A DNA stretch of 63,678 nucleotides, the filler included, from Licmophora abbreviata (taxonomy: Eukaryota): NCBI GenBank assembly GCA_900291995.1. It is 12 parts of 12 records of this genome, joined end to end, with 100 filler letters (N's around TTAATTAATTAA, not from the genome) between each part and the next. Parts side by side here need not be neighbours in the genome. Positions count along the whole stretch, not along the records: positions 34,261 to 39,171 come from OLMU01001657.1; positions 39,272 to 41,182 come from OLMU01001659.1; positions 41,283 to 44,009 come from OLMU01001660.1; positions 44,110 to 49,100 come from OLMU01001661.1; 8 more parts are not named here. One strand, written 5' to 3'. A program made the position numbers and the translations under genes. Below the pieces are notes generated by a model that had not been told where the DNA came from, ran no database searches, and worked only from the letters and a program-made list of their open reading frames with translations. Positions 34,934 to 47,466 of this stretch are shown in pieces. Numbering within the stretch: the stretch's first letter is position 1; each line of letters opens with the position of its first letter.

Positions 34934-35629
34934 ACTGTTTCGTTTCTTGCTTCTCTCTATTCCCTATCCGATATCATTGAAGAACGATGGACAACGGTAT
35001 GGTCATGATGCGGTGTCGTTGCGAGTGGTCGTGTGGGGTGCGTGATGATGATGACAGAGGGCAGTGTCACCACAGACGGCATCACAGACGACGTGTGAAG
35101 CTCTCACAAAAAAGTCATACCTTTTTAATAAAAATTGACACATTTGAGCAGTATTGTTCTTGAAAATCACAAAAGCATCACGCGACGGCCGGCGGCGTCT
35201 CATCCGCGCCTCGACGATGAACCTCATGAGATGCAACAACATCATCCCGTGTATGCAATCGTCTACGAAGAAGACGACATCAGTCAACTGGAACATGGAG
35301 GACAGCGTCTTGAAAATGCCGGAGCCCACATCTCCTGTCGCAGAAAAGTTTCTGGAGTATCCGAGAGACTTGTTTCTATAGTGAGTACCCTTCACTCCAG
35401 GGTACATAATAGCAGGTGGAACGGACGGTAACGAGGAAGAAAGTATGTGGTGTTGTGGATTTTGGCGTTGAAATGAGCCGCAGCTAAACGAATGTGTATG
35501 TTGGTTTGTAAACTTTTTCATAGTCAGAGTAGAACTGCCGTACCTGTAGGGAGGAACGGCAAAATATCGGTATACGTACTCTAGGACGATCTCGACACAC
35601 TGGATCTATTTAGTTGTGTTGGATTATTC

Positions 35630-36316
35630 CTACTTGCAACTTTTCCTTCTGTTCAAGTCTATACGATGTGACATTTTTTCATCGTGATGCTGTCGTCTTT
35701 TCTCCGCTTCCGCCTGGAGCTCTTGAGTTCGCCGCCGTTCTTGTGCCTTCACTTCATACTTGAGTCGCGCTTGCTCAAGCTCCGAACTCTGGCCATATCT
35801 CCATTGCTGCTTGACGATTTCCTTTGCATGTACGGCTTCAATATATCCTTTCGGTCCGAGCAAAGCCTCGCCATGTGCGCGTGAACACATTTGATAGAAG
35901 AATTCCTTCCCGTTCATGAGGGCGTAGCGGCTGCAAATGAGCTCATTGATTCGAGCCATTGCTATTTGGGTATTGACATACCTTTTCTTCTTTTGAGATT
36001 TTTTAATGATAACCTGCAAGGCGCGCTTCCCCCTGTACTTGCCGAATGGCTCCTTCTCTGCTTCCTCGAGTTCCTCGTTTACTTCTTGAAGTCGTCGTTC
36101 AATTACTTTTTCGTCGCAGCGTTTCGACCAGTGCAGAGGTTTCCTGCTAACCTTTTTCTGATCACCCTCTTTCTTGCGACCTCCCATGAAACGGACGGAG
36201 GGAATCAGTACGTTTCCCCTCCCGTGCAGACCCAGCGGCGACGGGGTGCGTCGCCGGTGCCAGGTGCGACCCAGCTTTGTCGTCAGTCGGAAAGAGCTGT
36301 TCATGTGTCGCAGCAA
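35630..36316 (-). CDS. Hypothetical basic helical protein with a mitochondrial-type presequence
   Basis: Arg-rich, acid-free N-terminus ending SVRFMGG; 228-aa ORF. Confidence 0.5.
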   Translation of the reverse strand: MLRHMNSSFRLTTKLGRTWHRRRTPSPLGLHGRGNVLIPSVRFMGGRKKEGDQKKVSRKPLHWSKRCDEKVIERRLQEVNEELEEAEKEPFGKYRGKRALQVIIKKSQKKKRYVNTQIAMARINELICSRYALMNGKEFFYQMCSRAHGEALLGPKGYIEAVHAKEIVKQQWRYGQSSELEQARLKYEVKAQERRRTQELQAEAEKRRQHHDEKMSHRIDLNRRKSCK

Positions 36317-36705
36317 ACTTCAACAAAGGACGAAACTTCACACCAGAATGAGTACATCAATCCGTTCATACCAGACACAACAGGGTAGCAGAGAGGTATC
36401 GGCGTCAGCTGATGTTGACTGTCAGGTGTGGCATCTCGCGGCGTCGCATCGTGATGAAAAAAGTTCGTCACATCATCTGCGCGCGAGAAAATTCCTACTA
36501 GAGCTCGCGAGCTCTCACAAGTTAATTGATTTGAACAACCTTTCGTGATTCGTGCCACAGCTCCGCTTAACACGCACAAGCTCGGTAACTCTGGGACAAG
36601 ACCAAGCAAACCAAAGTTCATATCTTGTTCAACAATGGCTTAAATGTAATAGAGCTAGAGGGAGAGAGAGGTGTATTCATTAATATGAAGCTGACTCCAT
36701 GGTCG

Positions 36706-38244
36706 CTAGTCCTTGTCATCCAATAAAGACGAGGCTGGTGTGTCGCCGTCGCCAGAGGCGACGACTTCGTTTCTTGTCCAATCTTCACCACTACCCAGAC
36801 AATCGCTTTCCGCTGTCGCCACTAGATACACGGCAGAACCGATGAGTGACCCGCCAATGTAGCCAGCCGGGCCGAGAGTTTCGCGTAGTAGCGCCCACGC
36901 AACGAGTGCAGTAAAGAGGGGTTGAATAGTATAGATCAAGTTGGCATCTGTAGCATCGACACGACTCTGACCAAACGACTGAGCATAGATAGTATATGCG
37001 ATAGTCACGAGTCCCGTCCAGAGAACCGCGCCGGCCGCCGGAAGAAGGGTCGCTGCAGATATCGTCCCGCTCGACACATCCCTAGCAAAAGACGTGACAA
37101 ATTCAGCGATCGCGCTTCCTTCTTGCATTGCGAGCTCAAACATAGTACCACCCGTCCCGCCAGCTTGCGAAACTGCTACTAGAGTCAGCACTAGAGCGAG
37201 ACTTAGAGCGGTCTCTGTTGTCGCCTTGCATGCCGCCAACTTCAACGCAGAAGTCTCTCGGGCGAAACGACCAAGGCGAATGCAATGAAATGTATAGGAG
37301 AAGGCTGCGAGAATGATCAGCAGATCGCCTGATGAAAGACTATGGAAGGATGATAAGAATGTTGATAGGACTGAGCCGTCGTCGCTATTGTTCACCTGCC
37401 CGTCTAACGCCATGATCGCAACTCCCAGCAAGGCTATTAGACATGCACCCCATGTTCGCGGTGGAATCACAAAGATGTCCCGAAGAAAGATCGCCTGTAC
37501 CAATGGTACAAAGATCTTTACATGACGAGCAGCACGGTTCAGATTTGTGTTCGTTTATCTCGTACAGACACCATTCAACCGGATCGTTGAACCGCTTACC
37601 GTTGTAAGCTGTAAAAGGAAAGCTGCTCTATCTGACGGAACAGTCTTCAGACCCAAAACTTGTAGACCATTACCAAGGAAAAGATAAAGCCCAAGCTCCA
37701 TGCCTCCACGTATCGGTAATGATGTAGATTCTCCTGACTCTACTGCTATCTCGTCGTCAGTCCCATCTATGCTAGACTCGTCATCGGTAGAAGACAGATT
37801 CGATGCAGTGGACATTAGAACGAGAAACGAAAGCGATGCTGCTGCGACCAAGTAGTATGCCACGGAGAAGACAAACCCAGGAACAGGCGGTTGTATTGCG
37901 TACACATATCTCACGGCTGGTTCAAATGTTCCCCACGCCATTGGAACAGTCAAAAGAACAAGAATACCAATTTGACGATCGGGGCCAGAAGAAGTATTAC
38001 CCCCATTGCCGCCTCCCGCATCTGCGGGTAGCTTCACTGACCGTGATCTTTGAAAGGGGCGCCTCGATGTCGGACTGAACTGACTATTTGACTGAAATCG
38101 TGCACAAGAAGCCTTCTGCATGCGATGGACCGGATGGTGATGGCCCATCAGGTTCTGTGAGCAGATTGGAACAATAGACTCCACGAAGCAATGTGAGTTG
38201 GGCACTCCACCTAGCATTGCGATTGCAGTTGCTCGAGCGCGCAT
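36706..38244 (-). CDS. EamA/DMT-family transporter with an N-terminal targeting extension; intron 37516-37599
   Basis: About 10 TM segments with motifs GMELGLYLFLGNGLQVLGL, RAAFLLQLTT|IFVPL, GDLLIILAAFSYTFH, AQSFGQ..A.DANLIYTIQPLFTA and ETLG. Confidence 0.85.
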
Positions 38245-38558
38245 CCTCTATAGCACCTTGGGAACAGAAATGTCGACAAGGATCTCGTTGCCACCACATG
38301 GCGATCTTGTCATTAGCAGGATGGATTGATTCAGAATGCTGATGGCTCAGATGGCATCATCGCGCACCTCCCGCTGCGCGCCGCCCATCATACTCCACGT
38401 GCGGCGTACATCCGCGAAAACTATAGATGCGTTTACCCAAGTTTGAGAACACATAGGGTGAAGGGGAGGGACGAGATTCGGTTAAGTCTATTGCTGTGCA
38501 GGAACTGCGTTGTTGGTGAACGAGAGTGGCGAATTTGAACTCGGGAAGTCTGTAAATA

Positions 38559-39171
38559 TTATCGAATCGAAAATATTCTATTCTTCTCGGCCTCGACTGG
38601 TGAGGATGGGACATCTTTCGCTCTGCCGTCATTCGAACCTAATGTCTCTGGACCAGAATCGTCATCATGCCGCTGCTCTACTCCTGCTACTAGGTATACG
38701 GCGGACCCAATGAGCGCGCCACCCACGAAACCGGTTGGACCGAGCGTTTCCCCTAGCAAAACCCAAGCAAATAGTGCCGTGAAGAGTGGCTGGACAGTAT
38801 AGATCAAATTTGCATCTGTAGGGCTTACCCGCCGTTGACCAAAGGACTGTGCAAAGATGCTGAGAGAAACATAAGGCGATAGAGTAAGACCCACATTACA
38901 GTCGTCAATGCATTTGTGAGACAAGAAAACATCTTCGATCTACTAACGTGTATGCGCATGTCACCCATCCCGTCCACAGTGTAGCGCCGATCGCCGGAAG
39001 AAGAGCCGAGACTGGTACAGCACCAGATGGGATGCCATCGACCATGGCCGCAAAAAAGGATGAAATCTCATGTCCCGTCTCCCGTGCGAAGCCGACTAGG
39101 CCAGCCGCATCAGCATCACCGCTCATTGACAAAAGTCCCACTACCAGCGCCGTACTGAGCACGGCCTCTGT
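38559..39171 (-). CDS. Second EamA/DMT paralog, 3' part only; intron 38860-38947
   Basis: LLPAIGATLWTGWVTCAYT|IFAQSFGQRRVSPTDANLIYTVQPLFTALFAWVLLGETLG is closely similar to the neighbouring gene. Confidence 0.85.
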
Positions 39172-39271
39172 NNNNNNNNNNNNNNNNNNNNNNNNNNNNN
39201 NNNNNNNNNNNNNNNTTAATTAATTAANNNNNNNNNNNNNNNNNNNNNNNNNNNNNNNNNNNNNNNNNNNN
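39172..39271. other. Artificial contig spacer
   Basis: N44-TTAATTAATTAA-N44. Confidence 0.97.
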
Positions 39272-39351
39272 AACAATGGTGACAAGCTGCACTCTACTTA
39301 GCTTTCTTTTTAACAAAATGTTTTATGGTCGGTTCAAGAGAGGCGGGAGGA

Positions 39352-40977
39352 TCATGGTTTCTCGTCAGCTTTGGGAGTAATCGACGCGCCCGCCTCCAAG
39401 GCTCCGACTTCGTCAATGATTCGCTGCCGCTCTTCTGGATCCTTTTGCAGCTGCTCCATTAACTGTTGCCTTGCCGCCATGGTGCGACCATGGACCTCTT
39501 CAATTACGTCGTCCATGTCGCCACCTTTTTCCTCGAGAATACCAAGAACCTCGTCCGCATCTCGCCGGATTGTCGAAAGGACTGCATTAACCTCTTCCTC
39601 CGAGCAATTCTTCTTCAGTTGAGTAACCATGCCCTGCCACATATCGTCAAGCATATGCTCGTCGACTTCCTCTTTTTTTTCTGCTTCGTCTTCGTCAGCA
39701 TCCTCCTTACCAACCATCCAGTTGCCGTCCTTCATATCGTCAACTTTTCGAAAAAGTGTTTTCGGGATGAGTTGCTGCAGCATATACTTTTCTGCCATGT
39801 CCAGAAACTCACGAATTGCTTTTATCGATAGAAAGCACGTGGCGCCGACTATCATTTCGTGCTCGGAAGTCGGAGGAATTACTCCTTCGACAATGCCGCA
39901 CACCTTTCCGTCGTCGTCCAGTGCTGGACCACCGCACAATCCTTCCGGTAAAACCCGACCGGTACTTGCCAGAAAACGTTCTGAATCACTCGCAGCAAAC
40001 AACAATTTGCCAGTCTCAGCGAATGGTACAAAGACTCGCGTGTCGTCCATGGTCTGCAAAGCGATGATCGCAAAATATGTTGTTGGTCACATGCATACGA
40101 CCGTGCGGGGTTGCAACACTTAACGGCGCGGTTTCATCACGACATACCTCCTTCTCTGCTGGATCTAGTCCCGGTGGATCTGCAATCTCGAATCCATCAA
40201 AGTGCACCTTGTCGCCCTTGGAAGGTTGCTTGTCCTTGTCTGTCAAGTGCAGTATTTCGACCCCCAAGTCCGTCAAGTGTTCGAGCGCCCCATCTTCTTG
40301 CTTTAGATGCAGCATCGCAAGGTCCAAGCCCCGATCATCGTGAATGGGATAGGGATTTAGTGCAAATTTGGCCAACGCTTCCGCGTAGGGTCGTTGAGTG
40401 TCGAATACTTCCAAGGAGTATGTGCTGATGACGACGAGTAAGAGGCTTACAATGTGAGTACATTTTTGTGTCATGAACCCCCCTTCGAACACAATGACGG
40501 CCCGCAATTCCAGCACACGTACCAATGCTCAGGCTTCACTTGCTGTAACCACTCGTGTGGATAGTAGTTTTTCCAGTTCCACGGCGCCAAGACATGACTC
40601 GATGCCAAACAGTGCACAGTCGGTCGAAACTCCTTGGGACAAAACTCCAACCACCCGAGCTCGTGAACATGACGCTGGGGGCCTCCCGCCGGTGTGTAGG
40701 GATAACTTTGTTGCACCTTGCGCTCTTTTCGTCTCTCTTCAGATTCATCGAGATGACTGTACTTTCCACTGCCGGCGATGGGCGTCGGTGGCGTCGGGGG
40801 ATCGACCGCAAGCAAAAACGCAGTAGCGCGACTGAGGATTTCATAGTCCTTCATGCCAAAGTCGGGGTGCTTGAAGTGCACGCTCAGACCCACGGATTTT
40901 AACTGGCGCTTGGGGGCATTGCTCTGTTGGGAGACGGCTCGTTGTAAGAGCGCTGCTGAGGGGCGAAGCATCACCAT
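39352..40977 (-). CDS. Trypsin/chymotrypsin-fold peptidase-like protein with Cys at the nucleophile position; introns 40425-40522 and 40054-40147
   Basis: The spliced ORF has LASSHVL (His), LDLAMLHL (Asp) and PEGLCGGPALDDDGKVCGIV (nucleophile loop) in PA-clan order. Confidence 0.75.
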
Positions 40978-41182
40978 GGTGACAGTCTTTATGTGTGTCT
41001 ATTTTGCGTCGCTTTTTGTGTGTGGGTCGGCCAGACGCTCTGAGAGTCATCCGCCATTCAAAAAATGATGATGTCACATGATCTTGTGATGTTCTATTCC
41101 GACACAACATTTACACCGCGAGTTTGACAATGACGTCGGAGCGGTCGTTGGGTCAACATGAGCGCTCAGGACAAGCCAGTCT

Positions 41183-41282
41183 NNNNNNNNNNNNNNNNNN
41201 NNNNNNNNNNNNNNNNNNNNNNNNNNTTAATTAATTAANNNNNNNNNNNNNNNNNNNNNNNNNNNNNNNNNNNNNNNNNNNN
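41183..41282. other. Artificial contig spacer
   Basis: N44-TTAATTAATTAA-N44. Confidence 0.97.
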
Positions 41283-41283
41283 C

Positions 41284-41892
41284 CATCAGTCCATTCTGGA
41301 GGCAGCGGCCACGATTACACAGAAGTCTTGTCAACTTCTGGGCGTCAAGAGTATCGGAGTGGACTACGGGCTAGCTCGGACGGGTGTCGCCGTGACAGTG
41401 GGGTACGAGCCGAAAGGTCTGAAGATCGTTTCGAGTGACAATGCAACGAACGTGATTTTTCAAGTTCTGGACTATGTGCGTTCCGAACAGGCACAGCAGA
41501 TTGTCGTCGGCTTGCCGCTGCATAGGAATGGGACCGAGGCGGTGCAATCCAACTTGACACGGGCGTTTGCGACGCAACTGGCATGCTGGAGTCATGCGCA
41601 GCTCGGACCGACCATGAAAGTTTATCTTTGGGACGAGCGGTATACTAGCAAGGAAGCTGCTGCTCGCATGCGCAGCGAGGACCCATCACGAAATTTACGG
41701 AATCAGCTTGACGCCGACGCGGCATGCATAATCCTTGAGAACTTTTACGAACAAAATGGCAAGGGGGCAGAACGAGTCTTGATTCCGGACGAGTTTCAGG
41801 AAGCGTGTCAACGGGCATGGAAAGCATTGCAGGACGAACAACAAAGGAACAAGCAAGCTGCCTTATCTACTAGTGGGATGGTGACACTGTAG
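41284..41892 (+). CDS. yqgF: YqgF/RuvX-family nuclease (putative pre-16S rRNA nuclease), 5'-truncated by the gap
   Basis: IGVDYGLARTGVAV, IVVGLPL, LWDERYTS and LDADAACIILE are the four YqgF motifs. Confidence 0.88.
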   Translation, partial: HQSILEAAATITQKSCQLLGVKSIGVDYGLARTGVAVTVGYEPKGLKIVSSDNATNVIFQVLDYVRSEQAQQIVVGLPLHRNGTEAVQSNLTRAFATQLACWSHAQLGPTMKVYLWDERYTSKEAAARMRSEDPSRNLRNQLDADAACIILENFYEQNGKGAERVLIPDEFQEACQRAWKALQDEQQRNKQAALSTSGMVTL

Positions 41893-42507
41893 ATGCGAAG
41901 ACGAGACGACAAGAAGCAATGGAACGGGCACGAAAGTTGGAAGATTGTATGGCACAGGAAGGTACGTTAGGCTCGTCGCGTAAGAAGAAGAAGAAACAGA
42001 AGAAGCCCAGAGCTTCGAGAGGTTCGTGGACCGCGCTGTAAAAACGTAAAAACCTGTAACGCGAAATGGGTTGAGCACAGCTTTGATGTGATAGGGTTAA
42101 GCTTTTACATATTTAGATCCTCATACATAGGTTCATTTCTGATCGTGACGCGAAGTATCCGTTCCGACGCGCGTGTCGGCCGTGTATCCACTCCTTCAAA
42201 ACGCGGACGAGAAGAACGCGACGACGTGCCATGCGCGGCGGCCGCCAACAGCTGCATGCATAGACATTAACCCTCTGCAATGCTCTGTTGATGAGCGCGT
42301 TGCAACGACAGCGCCGGTCATAACGACAACAGCCTTATTCTGGTCAAGTCTTGCTGTATTAGATAGCTGGCGGGTCAGAGTGCAAAGGCTTGAGCCTAAT
42401 TTTTCTAAAGCAACGCACTTCGACGCCTTCACCTCCAAGACCTCATCGCAACAACTCTCGCTAGTCTACTCGCCTCCACGATACCACTTTAAAAAGGAGG
42501 TTGTACA

Positions 42508-43476
42508 ATGTCTCATCATCAATCTGCACCGCCTCCTCCCCCACCGGATGATCCTCCAGCTGGATCTGGAGACGGAAGTCTACCAAGTAGAACGTCGTCA
42601 CTCGCGTCGATACCAGAGGGACCACCGTCTATTCTGCCTCGCCCTGCCCATGCATCCATATCTTCACAAAATCTCACACCACCATCGAGTGCGGCATTCA
42701 CCAAGAGACCTTCAGGACACGCATCTTCTCCAGTAACACAGCAGCCGCAGCCTCTCGAGATTGAAAACACTCCGTCCATGCCGGAGAGCGTCTCGCGATT
42801 CCTTGCTCGATTAAAGCTTGGAGGCGTCGGTGGTCAACAAGGGATGGATACACCGACTGCTGGGTGGAGGGGATCCCCGAATGGTGGTTCTATGGAAGGC
42901 ATGTACTATGGCGACTTCATGACGTCCTTTGACGCGGGAAGCGAGGTGGGCGATTCAAATTCCGTGTCCCACTTTTCGACGACGCATCAGCCAATTGGTG
43001 AGCCCGGGAACAGCTTGATGAACTCATTGTCTATTTTGACTCGGTCGTCCATACGATCTTCGCGTGACGACGGTGATTCGATGGCCAACTTTGATGATTG
43101 GACGCCTCAAGACTCCGCGTACGGTGCGGCATGTCCAGCGTGTGGCTTTCTGCCCAAGAAGATTCGGCGGACGATTGAAATTACAATGATTGGCCTTTTG
43201 GTCTTTTTGCTTGTGTATGTAGTGGTCACCACGTCAATGCGAATCACCAATGAGCACGGCGCCGACGACGCGGACAACTACAACGGCGACTACAACAATG
43301 GAAACAAACTTGCGGACGACGACTATTACATCGAGGGATGGCAGAACGACGATACATCGACGGATGATACGTACGACGATGGATACGAACAGAACAACGG
43401 GGATTCCAATGACCAACAGGATGATACAAGTGACCATCACGATGGCGAGCGTTTTCTCAGGCGACTCTTCTTATAG
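42508..43476 (+). CDS. Hypothetical single-pass membrane protein with a Pro/Ser-rich N-terminus and a D/N/Y-rich C-terminus
   Basis: 322-aa ORF. WTPQDSAYGAACPACG precedes the TM segment ITMIGLLVFLLVYVVV; the protein ends RFLRRLFL. Confidence 0.65.
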   Translation: MSHHQSAPPPPPPDDPPAGSGDGSLPSRTSSLASIPEGPPSILPRPAHASISSQNLTPPSSAAFTKRPSGHASSPVTQQPQPLEIENTPSMPESVSRFLARLKLGGVGGQQGMDTPTAGWRGSPNGGSMEGMYYGDFMTSFDAGSEVGDSNSVSHFSTTHQPIGEPGNSLMNSLSILTRSSIRSSRDDGDSMANFDDWTPQDSAYGAACPACGFLPKKIRRTIEITMIGLLVFLLVYVVVTTSMRITNEHGADDADNYNGDYNNGNKLADDDYYIEGWQNDDTSTDDTYDDGYEQNNGDSNDQQDDTSDHHDGERFLRRLFL

Positions 43477-44009
43477 CTAAGAGTAGCAGAGCCAAATCTT
43501 TATAGATGATAGAATCAACTTTTCCCAACGCTGTCTCTCCTACCAATATTTTCAGAGAAATGGTGCATGTTGACGCTGATATTGATGTCGAATCTCCAGT
43601 CGGGCTCTGTAAGTTGTGTGCTCATGTGGCAAAGCAACAAATTGAATATCATAGTGCGCACGATTCCCGCAATTTTGCTTGCTCACTGCTCTCCAACGTT
43701 CAAGAATATCTTAGGTGAAGAGTGCGTCGAGTATGTGGTCGGTTCCAAAGACTTACAGTGTGAGTGGGTATTTAGCGCGGGCTCTTGGTTAGCGCCGACG
43801 ACGCACGCACGCACGACATGACGCGAATTCGACCTAGGATGATGGCGCCGCGTCTGTCGCTGTACAACAGTAATCACTCTCCTCTACTGAGAACACTTCG
43901 CCATTGATTCGATTAATTGCGCTACAACTCAACTCATAGGCAAATTAAGAATCTTAGATGGATGAACACGTAGATGACTCGGGAGAGTCCAGCAGTGATC
44001 TTCAAATTG

Positions 44010-44109
44010 NNNNNNNNNNNNNNNNNNNNNNNNNNNNNNNNNNNNNNNNNNNNTTAATTAATTAANNNNNNNNNNNNNNNNNNNNNNNNNNNNNNNNNNN
44101 NNNNNNNNN
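44010..44109. other. Artificial contig spacer
   Basis: N44-TTAATTAATTAA-N44. Confidence 0.97.
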
Positions 44110-47100
44110 CGGGTCATCAGCATCATCGTACACTGCGGCGCTTGTTCAGTCAGCCGCCAAATCTCTGCTGGATACATCTACCTCGCAGATATCTGACGAC
44201 GAGACAAGCTCGATTGGAGACTCCATGCGTTCTCCTGAGCCCGGTGCCACCCTGAAGTCTCTTGAAATGAAGACTCTGCCGGCACTCCCCGGCGAGCAAG
44301 ATCGCAAGCGATTCATTGTGAGTGCGATGAAGTGACTCAGACTAATTGTGAGACCGCACATCTTCTGTAGCTTACAAAATCCCATCCCTTTTTTCCATGC
44401 AGGGCTGTCTCGCTGCGATATTAGCTTCGTCCTATGAGTATGACTTCAAATTGGAGAGTTTGGACGAGGATGATGTTACGGATTCATTTGCATACTTTGA
44501 TGTCGACGATGGGGATGACCCTGACTGGATGGAGATAACTAGGTCGACTGCAGGTGGTGTTCAGAATACCGAGTCGGATCGCGCGACCAGTTCCATGGCA
44601 TCAACCCATTCGGTGCCACGGCTGTCCCGGCAAAGTGCCAGCAATCAGGAGTTTCGGCATTCGGGCCGCGGTATAGATGCTGTCAAACGAGCTCAAGAAA
44701 GACATCGACGACGGCGATACGACGTTTTTTCTGGCGTACTTTTGTCCGCGTCGGATCTTCTCATGCTGGAAAAGAGTCAAGCGAAAGCGTTCTTGCCGAT
44801 GCTAGCCCGACTTTTGGTTCCGCCGACCAAGTCCGCGGACGCCATGAAGAAGTCAGAGGCAAAATTGAAAAATAGGAGAGCGCTCACAACTCAGGGTCGA
44901 TCGCAAGCGTCCAGTGGGATAGATGGTGCTGCTCTGTCGTGTCAGTCGATGACAGACAGTCATCACAAATCCGATTGGAACGATGATCCTGTAGCCTATG
45001 CTTCGGATCCCGGCGCGTCATCGGCAGCGTTCGCATCGGTTCCTTCGTCGATTTCAATGGAACACGATTACTATCGATCTCCACAGGGAAGTCGGGACGT
45101 GGAAGAAGACGACCGATACTTTCTGCTCGACACCATCGAAGATTCCGACATTCTACGACCATTCTTGGAGTCGTTGTCACCTGGATCTGGCTTCCGCTGT
45201 CTATCGCTCTTGCTCTTGCAGCATCTTTTGCTTAGTCAGGATGGATATGATGCACGTGTTCGGCATGTATTCAAGAAAGTGGGAGTTATTGTACTGGTGC
45301 ATGAAATGGACCGGGAAGTCAGTACATGCGGACCGGATGGCGTCGAGCGCCCCGAGTTTCTAAAGGGCGCTGCGTTGGTAGAGCTCGCGACACGCAAGTT
45401 CGAAGCACTAGAGCATGGGATTGCTTCAAAATTGATTCGGCTGTCCGAGCTTCAGCGAAAACAGCGGGGACGCAGTGCATGCAGTTCAGCTGCCGCTCGC
45501 AATGAAGCCCCCGACGCCGAGAGCAAGGGCGGTATATCGCGTGCTCAGGTTGTGCGCGGCTTGAAGATTGGCTCAGCAGGGCTCGTTGCTGGAACTTTAT
45601 TTGCTGTGACGGGTGGATTAGCGGCACCTGGCATCGCTGCAGGCGTAGCTGCCGTTGCGGGTGGGACTGCGGCAACTGCAGCTGTCGTGACACTCACCAG
45701 CACAGCCGCCGTAACAGCAATATTTGGCGTCGGCGGTGGCAGCTTGGCGGCATACAAGATGCAGCGTCGAACGCAAGGTCTAACGGAATTCTCCTTCACC
45801 AAGGAAAGTGAGCCGGACGAGAAACGACATGGTAGAAGCGGGAAAGTCAAAGTCGAGGCGGAACTGTTTAGTACTATTTGCATATCTGGCTGGCTGAGGG
45901 ACAAGTATGACTTTCAGCGCCCATGGGGCGTTACACCTTCAGACCCCGAAATCAAAGACAGACTGGAGCTTCTCGAGCGCTTCTATGCCGTTTACAAGCC
46001 CGATCATATTCCGAAATGCTCGAGGATATTGAGTAGCTGGAAAGGCGAAGAAAAGGAGCTGTGGCAAGTGCTGAAACAGAAATATGGCCGTGACCCTGAT
46101 CATCTGTTTCCGCTGCGCGAAGGTCCTCGCTTCCAGGCAGCGTTGACCCTCGAACAGGATGAAATCTTGAATCAACTTTTCTTCGAACTAGGGCACGCTC
46201 AACTTGAAAGTGACGACAGTGAGACGAAACAGTCAAGTCCACTCGAAAAGATGAGATCGAGTTGGAGCATCCGCCGACGCCGCAAGGATGATATGTCGAA
46301 CAGGGCTGTGGACGAGTCACAGGAATCACCTCTCACTCTCGCGAGAAAGGAAGTCGAACTCCAGAACTCATTGCGGGGACCGATATCCTCTTCCGGGCAA
46401 CCTACGACGGATGGCATGTCATCAGTCTCATCGGCGCTCGAGAGCGCTGCGTCGTCTTCTACAAGAGGTTCCACCGCAGAAGAAGCCCCAGAAAAGGAAT
46501 ACAAGCCGCCGAAACACTTGCAAACCGTATGGGACTATCAGGCGACTTATGGCGGTGAGCTGTACACCGTGAAGTGGGAGAGCGATCTTCTCTTGGAGCT
46601 TTCCGATTCTGTCGCATCGCTTGCTGTCGATGTACTAGAAAAGGCTGGAACGCAGATTCTGAAGCAAACTGCGCTTGCTACTCTTCTGTCCGCCGTCGCT
46701 CTTCCGGCGGCTCTCGTCAGTGCCGCGAATATGATCGATGGGACTTGGATTTTAGCATGTGAACGCGCCGACGAAGCCGGAAAAGAACTCGCAAAGAGCT
46801 TGCTCTACAGTCCTGCGGGACGACGTCCAATTACTCTTGTCGGGTTTTCGATGGGAGCACGAATCATTTACGCGTGTCTCAAAGAGCTTGCTAAGTATCA
46901 AGAAAAGTGGGAAGAAGCCCGAGAAGAACTTCGCGAACATCGGTCAGAAGAGCCTGGCGAAGGGGGTGCCGCGAGCCAAAGCGTTCGTCGCAGTAGCAGG
47001 CGCAAATCCTCCACGACGAACATTCTGGAGCAAATGCGCGAACCAGCGAGCATCGTCGAAGACGCTATTCTAATGGGAAACCCGAATCATCTGAATCTGA

Positions 47101-47387
47101 AGTCATGGGTTGCATGTCGCCAGGTTGTAGCAGGTCGCCTTGTCAACTGCTATTCCCGAAAAGACTTAGTTCTATCGCTCATGTTTCGATACAAGAAGAT
47201 CTCGATTGGTCGACGAGTGTGTGGCACAAGCCCGATCGACATTCCAGGCGTTGAGAATTTCGATGTCACCCATCTAGTCGGAGGCCATGACGAATATTGT
47301 GTTGCTGCCGGCAACATTCTCAAACAAGTTCTCCAAGGTCAGCCTTTTCGAGGCAAGCAGTGCTCCCCCGACGTCGAGTCATCGTAA
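44110..47387 (+). CDS. TMCO4/DUF726 (Mil1-like) alpha/beta-hydrolase-fold membrane protein, 5'-truncated; intron 44318-44402
   Basis: GYDARVR, TGGLAAP, RPITLVGFSMGARII (GxSxG), VVAGRLVNCYS and VENFDVT..V.GH. Confidence 0.85.
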
Positions 47388-47466
47388 AGAAATTACGCTG
47401 AAGCATTCTGTCTCTTTTTCTTGGTTACATACCGCGTTAGTTTTGTCCATCGTTAATTATTTTACG

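Noticed and set aside
35003..35521. Several overlapping short ORFs on both strands
   Set aside because: No motif or consistent splice model; I cannot choose a frame, although a small gene is not excluded.
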